A stretch of 64,000 nucleotides of DNA. Source: an uncultured virus (IMG/VR IMGVR_UViG_3300044445_000196). Its lineage: Duplodnaviria; Heunggongvirae; Uroviricota; Caudoviricetes. A program made the position numbers and the translations under genes. Shown here one piece after another: positions 10,301-19,418 of the stretch. The notes under the pieces are model-generated. The model was not told the origin of the DNA. It saw nothing but the letters and a program-made list of their open reading frames with translations, and searched no databases. Location of the stretch: IMG/VR virus record IMGVR_UViG_3300044445_000196. One strand, written 5' to 3'. How positions within the stretch are numbered: position 1 is the first letter of the stretch; each line of letters begins with the position of its first letter.

Positions 10301-11600
10301 CGAGCAGCGCAAGAACATCAACGACGGCGTCCGCAAGACCGCGATGTGGATCGGCAAGTTCGGCCGTGAGGCCCGCTCCGTCGGCATCACTGTCATCCTC
10401 GCCGGCCAGGGCATCAAGGCGGACGAACTGAAAGCCGTCGGCCTGCAGGGCATGAAGACCAACTTCAGCCGCGTGGCCCTCGGCAAGATGACGCACGGCG
10501 ACATGGCGTCCGCGTTCAAGGACGTCTCCATTCTCCCCAACCTCGGCTCCGTCGTCCCCCAGGGCCGCGGCATCTTCGAAGGCACCTCCGGCGACCCCGT
10601 CGTCATCCAGTCGTGGTTCGAGCCGGGCGGGCAGGCCGAGATGGCACGCCTGCTGGCCGAGCACATGCCACCCATCGACGATGCCACCCGCATTGACGTG
10701 ACGGAGCTGGAAGACCGCGTGAAGTCCGCCACCCCGAAAGGTTTCGGCGAGCTGGTCGAAGACGAACTCCCCGTCGACGACGATGAAGAGACCATCGCGC
10801 TGGACGCCTCGGAGCTCGGGCTCGACATCGGGGGCATGTCGTTCGAGGACCTCGATTTCGCCGCCGACGGCGACACCACCGCGGATGCCGCGACCGAGGC
10901 GGTACCCTCGGCCTCCGACGACGCGGTCGTCACACCAGCGCCCGAGCCGGCGGAGGCCGTGGACGACGCCCCGTGCTATCGCGACATGGTCGTCATTGGT
11001 GAGACGGTCGTCTTCGGCGAGCACGTGGCCTTCGGCGACGGAAGCGTCACGGGGTGGGCCGAGGGTGACGCCCTGGCGACGCTGTTGAGCGAGAACCCCG
11101 CCATCACCGACGTGGTGTGGGTCGACCCGATGCTAGACGAGCTCGATGACATCGGCATCCCCCGCCGCGACATCGCCGCTGACCTCTGCACCCAGCACGG
11201 CGTGACCTTATGGACCGGGGACGACGACGACGACACCGGCGACGACACCGGCGATGCCGAGCCGACCACGGAGCCCGAACCGGAAACCGCGTCCGCGCCG
11301 GAGACGGCCCCAGTGCCAGTCACGGACCTCGAACCGCAGGCGGAGACCACCCCGTCCATCCCGGCGCCGGCCAGCCTCTTGGACCCGCCCGCGGCCGCGC
11401 CGGAACCGGAATCTACCGAGACGCTGTTCGAGATGAACGACTTCGAGCCGGCACCGAACCCGACGCTGTTCGACATGGACGACTTCGAAGAACCGCGATT
11501 CGACCAGCCGCCCCCGAAGGTGCCCGACCTCAGCGACGCGCACGACCTTTTCGCCCCGCGCACGACCAACGCCCCGAAGGTCACCGGTATCGAGTTCTGA
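7341..11600 (+). CDS. Large membrane-anchored FtsK/SpoIIIE-domain ATPase
   Basis: N-terminal TM helices, HMMVLGGSGSGKS, IIDEFQSL, REARSVGITVILAGQ; acidic Pro-rich tail; AGGAG RBS. Confidence 0.85.
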   Translation: MPQRNAAVQAPANFAPVIATLAVVAGLLALTFQLPGALIIAAGISAAGFFFNAPPQLNAKEVVPEHVQRQSRRWRDLRWRALIPNGDWLVNRPEEMPAYRNGGRALTEKIGTKLPAAVRAPLGMLGEGLGAAAWLILPSRWVPLVALSLAAAIATIPANLSSLAQWMDPEYLAYDLLWLNVVYTYAVVMTVDAVTRRTAAVADPSPGVPISHLTGKAATGDGGAWRALIGFGFLAAVIAVGISLTLLSLELGYLLVPVWLTGSGLGVAAAAGCLHGVSRTGALAAWREKVAARAAWEPRWEAMKNPEVRLIDHATVGSFVVDTFEAPPSLGSAKAINLYNTVVPYLAAGGEVTVAMLTVPALDSQGQPIPGSAHATRFRVVVAPADAEVKTRDTDVDIAELSLAAEVGAFNAAREMGAQVPILLGLEAAHTPDSPVAVWKTTWTVPLASAMTVAWSLGVDPETGIFNEGRDTFFGDFDAATLGDRTLPARMTKAAYEARWIQRWADALKQGEKPPHLQYGAVKRERLSPTQELVYEPFLVGQGLSPAQYFGKSMRERLSTTLKAAPFVAVIGLTGRLAAAAGRLEDGMRHAQGFCVVHSATPIPTNPADIASPGPRAREVANWVMGGIINRAFEDAKLAYPEVISAEALTRPQSKGHVWKVHLRLYEGVTAAMLKLNAVKLAQAMGGARYLRFEESTYGAYVIVGAMPRAEGVKFANPMALAYCDKLDWMQAFQDVGVRSVTDGSSPLMLDNTPHETNPKITRLTFSMPAGLNLAKIREVTDKLRAATANDYVDIRPGDTPDKFVVLAAEQNPIPFPAVLDWDASADLSGKGEHSIPFGYATDGTTVSLNWKNDFHMMVLGGSGSGKSSFMQVLVAGAVLRDSDIFVMDPTKGGVDFEFAAPWIRGFAREGQHLGAGELTQRIGMEMEARKKLNGQYGVGNYRDLPAEVRPRHMFVIIDEFQSLIKEVSRGTLKAPDTTDEVELELFEQRKNINDGVRKTAMWIGKFGREARSVGITVILAGQGIKADELKAVGLQGMKTNFSRVALGKMTHGDMASAFKDVSILPNLGSVVPQGRGIFEGTSGDPVVIQSWFEPGGQAEMARLLAEHMPPIDDATRIDVTELEDRVKSATPKGFGELVEDELPVDDDEETIALDASELGLDIGGMSFEDLDFAADGDTTADAATEAVPSASDDAVVTPAPEPAEAVDDAPCYRDMVVIGETVVFGEHVAFGDGSVTGWAEGDALATLLSENPAITDVVWVDPMLDELDDIGIPRRDIAADLCTQHGVTLWTGDDDDDTGDDTGDAEPTTEPEPETASAPETAPVPVTDLEPQAETTPSIPAPASLLDPPAAAPEPESTETLFEMNDFEPAPNPTLFDMDDFEEPRFDQPPPKVPDLSDAHDLFAPRTTNAPKVTGIEF

Positions 11601-11609
11601 CGGGGTCGC

Positions 11610-12098
11610 CTACTCCACCGGCAGGGGCCCGTGGTCCTGCCGGGTCGCTCGCCACCGAGCGAACTCGACTCGGAGGAGGTCACGGTCATCCTCGTCCGCG
11701 AGGTGCTGAGAAAACTCCTTCGACGACATCCCGCCGGGGAGGTCCGCCGCGGCGTGCGCGGCCTCCGCCTGGTCCATCTTGTGAACCAGGCGGCTGAAGA
11801 CGTTATCGCCGGGAGGCCGAATGCTCGCTTTGACGATGCTCTCGTACTCCGCCGGTGTGCCCACAGCCCGCAGCATCTCCCCCGACGCCAGCGCGATTCG
11901 GAAGGTGACCTCCGCCCGCGCGTAGCCGTCCTTGAGGAAACCTTCGACGAGCAGGGCGCGCTTGCGGGTGAAGTAGCCGACGCTCTGCACGGTTCGGTCG
12001 CTGATCTCGACGCTCCGCCCCGTCCAATGCATGAGGGTCTCGAAACCGCTCACCCACACTCCCGTCGGTAGCCCTTCCGACGCCGCGATGACCTTCAT
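11610..12098 (-). CDS. Hypothetical protein
   Basis: 162-aa ORF filling the gap with protein-like composition. Confidence 0.55.
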   Translation of the reverse strand: MKVIAASEGLPTGVWVSGFETLMHWTGRSVEISDRTVQSVGYFTRKRALLVEGFLKDGYARAEVTFRIALASGEMLRAVGTPAEYESIVKASIRPPGDNVFSRLVHKMDQAEAAHAAADLPGGMSSKEFSQHLADEDDRDLLRVEFARWRATRQDHGPLPVE

Positions 12099-12181
12099 GT
12101 CAACAACCTAGGGCAGGCACCGCATCGCTCTGGGGCGGTCGGCGCGCATAGGGCGCCCATGACCGAACCCGGAGACCGCCG

Positions 12182-13009
12182 ATGATGGGCGCGCACCACG
12201 CTGGCACCGGTGCCGCCGCGTGGGTAGCCATCACCGCCACCTCCCCCGTCGTTCACACGCTGAACGTCTGGGGACACAACCTCGACGTCCACCTCATCCC
12301 CGCGGTGTCGCTGATGCCGATGGACCCCGCCGCCGTCGCCATCGGCGGTCTCGTCGCCGCGGGCGCCGCGCTCCTGCCGGATGCCGACCACCACAACGCC
12401 ACCATCGCCTACTCCATCCCCGGCGTCGGCAAGGCCGTCACCGCGGCCGTCGGCGCCGCCTCCGGCGGACACCGTCACGGCACGCACTCCGGGCTCTCCG
12501 CCATCGTCGTGTTCCTGCTCGCGTGGATCCTTACCATCGTCCCCGGCATCGTTTCCTCCGAACCTCTGCACCCCTACGTGCTCATCAGCGGGGTCATCGC
12601 CGCCGCGATGTTGTGCTTCGCGCTCAAGGTGCTGAAGATCGTCCGCTCCTGGGGCATGGCCTGGCTGGTCGGCATCGTCTTCTCCTCCGCCATCACCTTC
12701 CTGCTGCCCGAGCAGTGGGCGTGGCTGCCGTGGGCCATCGCCATCGGGTGGGTCACCCACATGGCCGGTGACTTCCTCACCGTCGGCGGCCTCCCCCTCA
12801 CCTGGCCGAAGAACTTCAAGCCGCCAGCCGCCGTCACCGCCACCCCGGTGCTCAAAAACGTCTGGATGAAGAACGGCTACTGGGCCGCGCCCATCCTCGG
12901 CCTCACCGGCAGTTGGCGGGAGTCGATGCTCGCCCTTCCCCTCACCTTCTATGGCCTGTTCGGGATCGCCGCCTCGGCAGTGATGCTGCTGCCTTTCTTC
13001 CCCGAGTGA
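12182..13009 (+). CDS. Membrane metal-dependent hydrolase (YdjM-like)
   Basis: MGAHH, LLPDADH, HRHGTHS, THMAGDFLT motifs with TM helices. Confidence 0.85.
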   Translation: MMGAHHAGTGAAAWVAITATSPVVHTLNVWGHNLDVHLIPAVSLMPMDPAAVAIGGLVAAGAALLPDADHHNATIAYSIPGVGKAVTAAVGAASGGHRHGTHSGLSAIVVFLLAWILTIVPGIVSSEPLHPYVLISGVIAAAMLCFALKVLKIVRSWGMAWLVGIVFSSAITFLLPEQWAWLPWAIAIGWVTHMAGDFLTVGGLPLTWPKNFKPPAAVTATPVLKNVWMKNGYWAAPILGLTGSWRESMLALPLTFYGLFGIAASAVMLLPFFPE

Positions 13010-13070
13010 TGTCCGCCGCAGGGTATCGGGCACCTACCTGTCCTGCGCCAACAGAGAGAACCACCCTCAC

Positions 13071-13622
13071 ATGAGCTACCCCGACTACAACGGGTTCGGC
13101 GACGCCGATCCCACCGCGTCCGACACCGTCGAGACGCCCGCGGCGGCACCTGCCCCCAGCACCTCTGACGCGGAGCGTAAGCCCCGCCGGAAGGCGCCGC
13201 GTCCAGCCCCGACGAAGCTGACCGCCGCACAGGTGCGCCGCGTCCTGACCCAGGCCGAGAGCATCCAGTCGCACAGCGACCAAACCCGCGAGCTCCTCGC
13301 CGCGGCGCTCGGCACCACCACCGACCTCGAAGAGCTCGTGGTGGGCTCTCTCGCCCCCGGCAAGGCGGGAGACAACGTCGCCGGGCTGCTCGAACTGCGC
13401 GAAGCCACCGGTTTCGCCGCGGTCGTCTCCGCCGGCAGCCTGCTGGAGGACAAGGACTCCGCCCGCCGCGTGTGGGCGTTGCTGACCGCGGTCGGTCAGG
13501 TGGCCGGGCCCATCCCCGCCAAGGACCTCGTCGCGGCCACCAACGTCGCCGAAGCCGGCCTCAACCTCGACGAGCGCGACGTGGAGCAGCTCATCGTCGT
13601 CCGCGACATCCTCGGCGCCTGA
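13071..13622 (+). CDS. Hypothetical protein, first gene of transfer operon
   Basis: Good codon bias; class C motif at 13015. Confidence 0.75.
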   Translation: MSYPDYNGFGDADPTASDTVETPAAAPAPSTSDAERKPRRKAPRPAPTKLTAAQVRRVLTQAESIQSHSDQTRELLAAALGTTTDLEELVVGSLAPGKAGDNVAGLLELREATGFAAVVSAGSLLEDKDSARRVWALLTAVGQVAGPIPAKDLVAATNVAEAGLNLDERDVEQLIVVRDILGA

Positions 13623-13626
13623 CGCG

Positions 13627-13965
13627 ATGGCCCGCTGCAGCACATGGCGCTTCACCGGAGGGAGCGCGGTCGACCGAATCCTTCCCGTCGGTCGCGACCA
13701 CTCGGTGTGGAAGCCGTGCTTTCAGCGGGTCCCCGAGGCGGGGCAGTGGTGCGACGACTGCATCAACGCCCTCATGATCTGCCCCGACGTCGAGGTGCGC
13801 CGCGCCCTCGTGGAACACCCGCCGCTGAGCACGAAGGTCCTCCGCGACCTCAAAACCGATTCCGACTACCTCACCCAGGCCCGCGCGAACGAGCGAACGA
13901 GCGAACGTCTCCGCGAGCGCCTTCGCGAGCACCAGACCGCCGACCGCGCCCCCATCAGGAGCTGA
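13627..13965 (+). CDS. Hypothetical Cys-containing protein
   Basis: Fills operon gap exactly; WCDDC motif. Confidence 0.6.
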   Translation: MARCSTWRFTGGSAVDRILPVGRDHSVWKPCFQRVPEAGQWCDDCINALMICPDVEVRRALVEHPPLSTKVLRDLKTDSDYLTQARANERTSERLRERLREHQTADRAPIRS

Positions 13966-13966
13966 C

Positions 13967-15094
13967 ATGGCCCGCAAGAACAAGAAAACCCCGGACGACC
14001 AGCCCGGGCTGCTCGACGCCGACGGCGTCGGCACCGACGACCTCCTCCACGTCAACTACGCCGCGCCCAACCAGGTGCTGCACGAGAAGTCCAGCCGACG
14101 TCGGAAGATCTTCGCCGTCACCTTCATCGTCGTCGCCTGCGGCGTGACGCTGAACGGCATCGCGCAGATCGCGAACCCACCTGTCGCCGAATCCGGCGGT
14201 GTGACCGCGAGCAGCACCGACGTGAACTCCTCGCGCGGAAAGTCGCTCGCGCACGACAAGATCAACCGCTGGCTCGCGCAGACCCCGTCGCCGCTGCCCG
14301 GCGGGTACATCGTCTCGTGGGACGGCTTCACCGACATCGCCGCCGGTGTCTCGGAAAACAAGGCTGAAAGCCCCGCCAACGCCGCAGAACTGCACACCTT
14401 CACCCTCGCGGCCAGGGTCGGCAACGACAGCACAGCCTTCTACGAAGCCACTGTTCTCGTCTCCGTCGACGACACCCTCGGCGCCATCACTGCCGCCGAG
14501 CCGTCGCTGCTGCCTCGCGTGCCCTCCACCACGCAGGGATGGTCGTCACAGACCTGGGCCGGGTACGAGACCGGTGCGAGCTCGCAGACGTTCGTACCCA
14601 CCGCCGAAGCCTGGGCGAAGGCGTTCACCGGTAGCGCCGCGGAGCTGCGCCTGTACGTCGGCGATGAGGACCCCAGCCACTCGTACATGCCGCTGCAGGG
14701 CGCTCGCGTCCTCGGCACGCAGGTGCTCAAGACCGGCTACATCAAGCCCGAGGACAACACCAACAAGGCAGAGCCGGAGACCCTTATCGCCCGCGTCGAG
14801 GTGACACTCGCCTGGTCTGCCGCCGCCGACGCGAAGGGTTCCAAGGTCACCTACGACGTCTTGGTCACCCGCGCCAACACCGCGAGCCCGCGCATCGTCG
14901 CGTGGGGACCGTCCGGTACGGGCCCGACCCTCGAGGCGTACGGCAACGCCATTCGCGGCGCCCAAATCTCCAGCGGCCCCGACAAGTCCGCACCCACCGC
15001 CGCGCCCGAACCGGCCGCCGACACGACCCAGGGCAGCGCCCCTGTCCTGGACAACATCGACCAGGCGCCCGCCCAGGAAGGAACCCAGGGCTGA
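13967..15094 (+). CDS. TcpC/VirB8-like conjugal transfer protein
   Basis: Bitopic protein with large extracellular part directly upstream of the VirB4-like gene; call rests on architecture and position. Confidence 0.55.
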   Translation: MARKNKKTPDDQPGLLDADGVGTDDLLHVNYAAPNQVLHEKSSRRRKIFAVTFIVVACGVTLNGIAQIANPPVAESGGVTASSTDVNSSRGKSLAHDKINRWLAQTPSPLPGGYIVSWDGFTDIAAGVSENKAESPANAAELHTFTLAARVGNDSTAFYEATVLVSVDDTLGAITAAEPSLLPRVPSTTQGWSSQTWAGYETGASSQTFVPTAEAWAKAFTGSAAELRLYVGDEDPSHSYMPLQGARVLGTQVLKTGYIKPEDNTNKAEPETLIARVEVTLAWSAAADAKGSKVTYDVLVTRANTASPRIVAWGPSGTGPTLEAYGNAIRGAQISSGPDKSAPTAAPEPAADTTQGSAPVLDNIDQAPAQEGTQG

Positions 15095-17622
15095 TGGCCA
15101 AGGGAAAGAACACCACCCCCGCACCCAGCGCTGTCGGCAGCAACAACACCGTCGGCCGCCGCCCGGTCTTCGAGTCGCGCGCCCGCAAGCCCCGCCCCGA
15201 CGGCCGGGTCGTCGGTGTCGACAACAGTGTGTGGCTGTACCGCACCGTCCCGCTCGGCTCCATCCGCGACGCCAAGACAACCGCCGAGGCGCTCAACATC
15301 AGCGGCCCGCTGGCCCACGCGTTCGCCGAGCTCGCCGGTCTGGCCACCACCCGAGGCATCAACCGGGCGCTGGCGAAGAAGAAGTACCGCGAGTTCCACC
15401 TCGTGCTCACCAACTACCCGAAGTGGTACGAGGCGCCGGCGTCCAGCCCCATCAAGAGCGACCTGAACCGCTGGTTCCAGGACCTCCAGGTCCTCGACCG
15501 TCGCGTGATGCTCGGTGTGCGCCTGGCCCCCTCGACCGGCGATGGTAGCGCGAAGGGCTTCCTCAACTCCGTCGAGCAGACCCTCTTCCACGGCGGTGTG
15601 CTCGAATCCGACTACGACAAGGACTTCCATCAGGTCTCTGCCGCAATGGACCGGGCGGGCTTGGGCACCCCCACCGCTGCCGACTGGGCAGCCGTGGACG
15701 GCTGGTGGAACCTCGGCGACCCCCGCCCCGTCGCGGAGCTCCGCCACACCGACCACATCCACTTCTTCTCCCGCCGCTCGGCGTGGGAGGACGCCGAGGA
15801 CGAGGGTCTGCTCGAGTGCGAGCCGTGGCTGGACCTGCCCCAGCACCGAGCCATCACCTTCGCCTCCCTCGCCGAGTTCGACCTGGGCTACACCCCCGTC
15901 GACGACAGCAAGACGTGGTGGGCCACCGACCTGGTGAACCTCGGCGCCCGCGTGGTCAGCGCCCGCGGCTTCATCGAGCCGCCCACCATCACCCGCCAGG
16001 AGCTCAAGACCACCCGGCGCAAGATGCGCGTCGACCTCGAAGAGGGCTACCAAAAGGGCAAGGACCAGGCCCGCCGCGAGGAGCGCGAGCAGGAGATCAA
16101 CTCCATCGAGGCGCAGTACGACATCGGCAAGGACGACATGCCGCCGACCATCGTCGACCTCTCCGTCATCGTGGGCCTCGCGGGCGTCTACTCCGACGAG
16201 GAAGCCATCCGCGTCTCCGCCGGGACGCTCTACATCATGAGCAACCGCCAGCTGCAGGCGTGGCACGAGACCATGATCTGCTCCGGCGTCCGCGGCAACC
16301 CGCACCTGCACGACGTGCCCGCGACCACCCTCGCCTACGCCGGGTTCAGCAACCTCACCCGCGTCGGCGACCCGGACGGCGCGTTCCTCGGGCTCACCCA
16401 CGACAAGCAGCCGGTGTACATGTCCCCCGTCGCCGCCTCCTCCGGCGACTCCGCGCCCCTGTGCCTCGTGGGCGCTGCCACCGGTTCCGGCAAGACGGTG
16501 CTGCTGCAGTGGATCGCGAAGCAGCACGGCATGATGGGCACCCCCACGGTCATCATCGACCCCAAGGAAGGCAGCGACCTGCGCGCGGCGTTCATGGACG
16601 TCCCCGGCTTCCAGGTGCGCAGCTTCGACGACTTCATCTCCTCCGACGGTGGCCTGGACCCCCTGACGCTGTACCCCACCCCGGCCGAGGGCATCCCGCT
16701 GGCCGCGGACATGCTGTTCAACGTCAACCCGTGGGGTAACGACGACCGCCGCAAGTACGAAGCGGAGATCGCCAACGCCATCCGCTACGGCGTCGAGCAC
16801 GGCGCACAGGTCACCGGCCAGGCGCTGGCCATCGCGTTCAAGGCCGGCCAGGTCTCCCGCGAAGCAATCGAGCCGGTGTTCAAGGTCGCGGCGACCTTCC
16901 CGATGTTCCGAGCGACCTTCGGCATGCAGCCGCCGGCGGAGGGGTCGAGCCTGGCGAAGTCGAACAGCATCACGCTGTTCATGCGAGGCAACTCCCCCCT
17001 GACGCTGCCGCCGATGGGCCGTGAACTCGCGCAGGACGAGATGTCCTCCGTCATGCGCCAGTCCGTGAACCTGCTGCGCCTGCTGGTGCGCGGATCCCTC
17101 ATCGCCCTCAGCGGCCGCGGCGGCGTCCTGCACATGGACGAGGCGTGGGTGCTCGAACGCGCCACCCCGCAGGAGCTGAACGAGGTCGGTCGTCTCGCCC
17201 GCTCGATGCAGGTGCTGCCGATCTTCTACACGCAGACCCCCACCGGTCCGCTCAAGCTCGGCCTGAAGGGGTACTTCTCCCGCGGGCTCATCGGCCACAT
17301 CTCCGACTCCGACGAAGCCGCCGCCGGCCTTGAGCTGTTCGGTGCGAAGCGACCGTCCACCCACGCGCGCGTCATCGCCCCCGACACCCTCGCCGGCGAC
17401 CAGGGCGCGAACCACAACTCCCTCAAGGCGCTGTGGACCTCCCGCGACCCGAACACCGGCAAGCGCACCCTGCTGCGCGGGTCCGAGTTCATGTATGGCG
17501 ACCTCAAGCAGCGCTTCGCTGCAACGACGGTCATGATGCCCGCGGAGTTCCTCGAACAGGCGTCCACGACGCCGGAGGACGTGGCTCGGCGGATGCGGGA
17601 GCTGCAGGCGCGCAGCTCCTAA
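15094..17622 (+). CDS. VirB4-like conjugation ATPase
   Basis: GAATGSGKT, VIIDPK, LHMDEAW, RLARSMQVLPIFYTQ. Confidence 0.85.
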   Translation: MAKGKNTTPAPSAVGSNNTVGRRPVFESRARKPRPDGRVVGVDNSVWLYRTVPLGSIRDAKTTAEALNISGPLAHAFAELAGLATTRGINRALAKKKYREFHLVLTNYPKWYEAPASSPIKSDLNRWFQDLQVLDRRVMLGVRLAPSTGDGSAKGFLNSVEQTLFHGGVLESDYDKDFHQVSAAMDRAGLGTPTAADWAAVDGWWNLGDPRPVAELRHTDHIHFFSRRSAWEDAEDEGLLECEPWLDLPQHRAITFASLAEFDLGYTPVDDSKTWWATDLVNLGARVVSARGFIEPPTITRQELKTTRRKMRVDLEEGYQKGKDQARREEREQEINSIEAQYDIGKDDMPPTIVDLSVIVGLAGVYSDEEAIRVSAGTLYIMSNRQLQAWHETMICSGVRGNPHLHDVPATTLAYAGFSNLTRVGDPDGAFLGLTHDKQPVYMSPVAASSGDSAPLCLVGAATGSGKTVLLQWIAKQHGMMGTPTVIIDPKEGSDLRAAFMDVPGFQVRSFDDFISSDGGLDPLTLYPTPAEGIPLAADMLFNVNPWGNDDRRKYEAEIANAIRYGVEHGAQVTGQALAIAFKAGQVSREAIEPVFKVAATFPMFRATFGMQPPAEGSSLAKSNSITLFMRGNSPLTLPPMGRELAQDEMSSVMRQSVNLLRLLVRGSLIALSGRGGVLHMDEAWVLERATPQELNEVGRLARSMQVLPIFYTQTPTGPLKLGLKGYFSRGLIGHISDSDEAAAGLELFGAKRPSTHARVIAPDTLAGDQGANHNSLKALWTSRDPNTGKRTLLRGSEFMYGDLKQRFAATTVMMPAEFLEQASTTPEDVARRMRELQARSS

Positions 17623-17657
17623 CCCCGTCGCACGTCGGTGTGATCTATACACCGGCC

Positions 17658-17698
17658 GGCCGGTCCGAGTTTTCCCAACTCGGACCGGCCTTTTCTTT
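17658..17698 (+). terminator. Intrinsic terminator
   Basis: 14-bp stem plus TTTTCTTT. Confidence 0.85.
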
Positions 17699-17808
17699 GC
17701 GCGCCACCCCCGGTGTCACGGAACCGAAAACGGCCCGCGCGCATGGCGCCGGGCATGAACACGCACACCGCCAGCGCACTTTCCGAGACCGCCGCGCACA
17801 TGCCGGCC

Positions 17809-19341
17809 ATGACCAACACCTCTCCGGCCGCCCTGGCCGCCACCTCCCTCCGCGCGTCCTCCATCACCCCCGACTACGACCGCACCCACGAGCGCGTCAA
17901 CGACGTCTGCCGCCAGATCGCCGAGGTCGCTCTCGCGGCCACCGACGGCCGCACCACCTACTCCTGGGAGGGCAACGGCATCCGCCTCGCCTACGCCGGA
18001 GACACCGTGGACGACCAGGGCGACTTCGCCTTCGGCCCCACCGTCCGCCAGTACCTTGTCGACGGGGTCTACAAGACCACCGCCCCCATCCCGTCGCAGT
18101 CCGGCACCGGCCTGCTGAACCTCGCCCTCGACCACGTCCGCGACTGCGACGACGCCGTGGTGGAGGCCAAGCGGCAGATCGTGTTCCTGCTGCTGGACCC
18201 CAGCCTCGACCTCGTCGGCTACACCATGCGTGTCACCTCGTCGTGGCACGGGCTGATGAACGAGTCGAACAAGATCCGCACCGCCCTCGCCATCCGCCTG
18301 GCCGAAGTCATCGAGCAGAAGGTCCTCGAGAACCCGGGCGCCGGACTCAACCTCCGCGACCTCACCGAGGGCGTCAACATCGTCGGGTACATGGTGAACA
18401 CCCTCGAGGGCTCCATCTTCAACCTGATGAAGCGGATCCACCAGAACGAGTCGAAGTCCCTCACCACGCTGGACACCCCCGCCACCGACGACGAGCCGGT
18501 GCGCCGTCCGCACGTGCGCGTTCTGTCGAAAGACATCCTCCCCGCCTCCGCCGAAGACCAGGCCATCGCCGGTGAGCTCGACATCCGCGCCCTGGCCCGC
18601 ATCGAAGCGATGGCCGACGAGGCCGACGCCGCCGCCGAAGCCCGCGCCGCCGGAGGGAAGGTCCGTCCCCGCCGGATGCAGGAGAAGGAGGCACTGGTCG
18701 CGCGCACCTTCCTGCAGCAGACGGGCCTGCCCGCACCCACCATCCCCGAGCTCGCCGAGCGCAAGCGGCTGCTCGCCGACCTGGCCGCGGAAGACGCCGC
18801 CTACGACGCGCTCGTCGCCGAAGCCGAGGCCGAGGCCGCGAAGGCGAGCGAAGCGGCCGGCGAGAAGGTCGCCGCTGTCATCCCCGTGCGCGAGCTCGGT
18901 GTCGCGTACCGTTCGTTCGACGCCTGGTACAACCTCCTGCACGGCGAGTTCAGCGAGCACGACGCCGATGTCCCCGACCGCTGGCTCACGATCTGGGAGC
19001 AGTACAGCGAGGACGACACCGTCGCACTGCACGCCGCCATCGCCGGACGCGAGATGCGCCTGCACACCGTCGTCGCCGGCGTCATGTCGGTGCCGGAGAA
19101 GATGAACAACGTCGCGAAGCTGCGCGTGCGCACCGCGATGGAGAAGTACAGCAAGGACGACACCTTCGCGCAGCTGGTGGCCGCGGCCGCCGGTGCGTAC
19201 GACCTCGCCCGCCAGGGCCTCGGCGTGGAGGCGTGGGAGGCGTCCGCCGCCGCCATCCTCGCGCACGGCGACTTCCCGAAGAAGACCACCATCGAGACCC
19301 TGACCCGGGTGTTCGACGACGCCATCTACTCGCTCGCCTGA
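17809..19341 (+). CDS. Hypothetical protein, possibly a divergent sigma-factor-like regulator
   Basis: Class A motif 17791-17801 7 nt before ATG; weak resemblance to sigma70 regions 2 and 3.2; own terminator. Confidence 0.7.
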   Translation: MTNTSPAALAATSLRASSITPDYDRTHERVNDVCRQIAEVALAATDGRTTYSWEGNGIRLAYAGDTVDDQGDFAFGPTVRQYLVDGVYKTTAPIPSQSGTGLLNLALDHVRDCDDAVVEAKRQIVFLLLDPSLDLVGYTMRVTSSWHGLMNESNKIRTALAIRLAEVIEQKVLENPGAGLNLRDLTEGVNIVGYMVNTLEGSIFNLMKRIHQNESKSLTTLDTPATDDEPVRRPHVRVLSKDILPASAEDQAIAGELDIRALARIEAMADEADAAAEARAAGGKVRPRRMQEKEALVARTFLQQTGLPAPTIPELAERKRLLADLAAEDAAYDALVAEAEAEAAKASEAAGEKVAAVIPVRELGVAYRSFDAWYNLLHGEFSEHDADVPDRWLTIWEQYSEDDTVALHAAIAGREMRLHTVVAGVMSVPEKMNNVAKLRVRTAMEKYSKDDTFAQLVAAAAGAYDLARQGLGVEAWEASAAAILAHGDFPKKTTIETLTRVFDDAIYSLA

Positions 19342-19349
19342 GCCCACCT

Positions 19350-19387
19350 GAAACGCCGCCGTCCCGTGTTCACGACGGCGGCGTTTC
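19350..19387 (+). terminator. Intrinsic terminator
   Basis: GAAACGCCGCCGTC...GACGGCGGCGTTTC. Confidence 0.75.
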
Positions 19388-19418
19388 GGCGTATCCGGGC
19401 GCCGCGCACATGAGTGCC

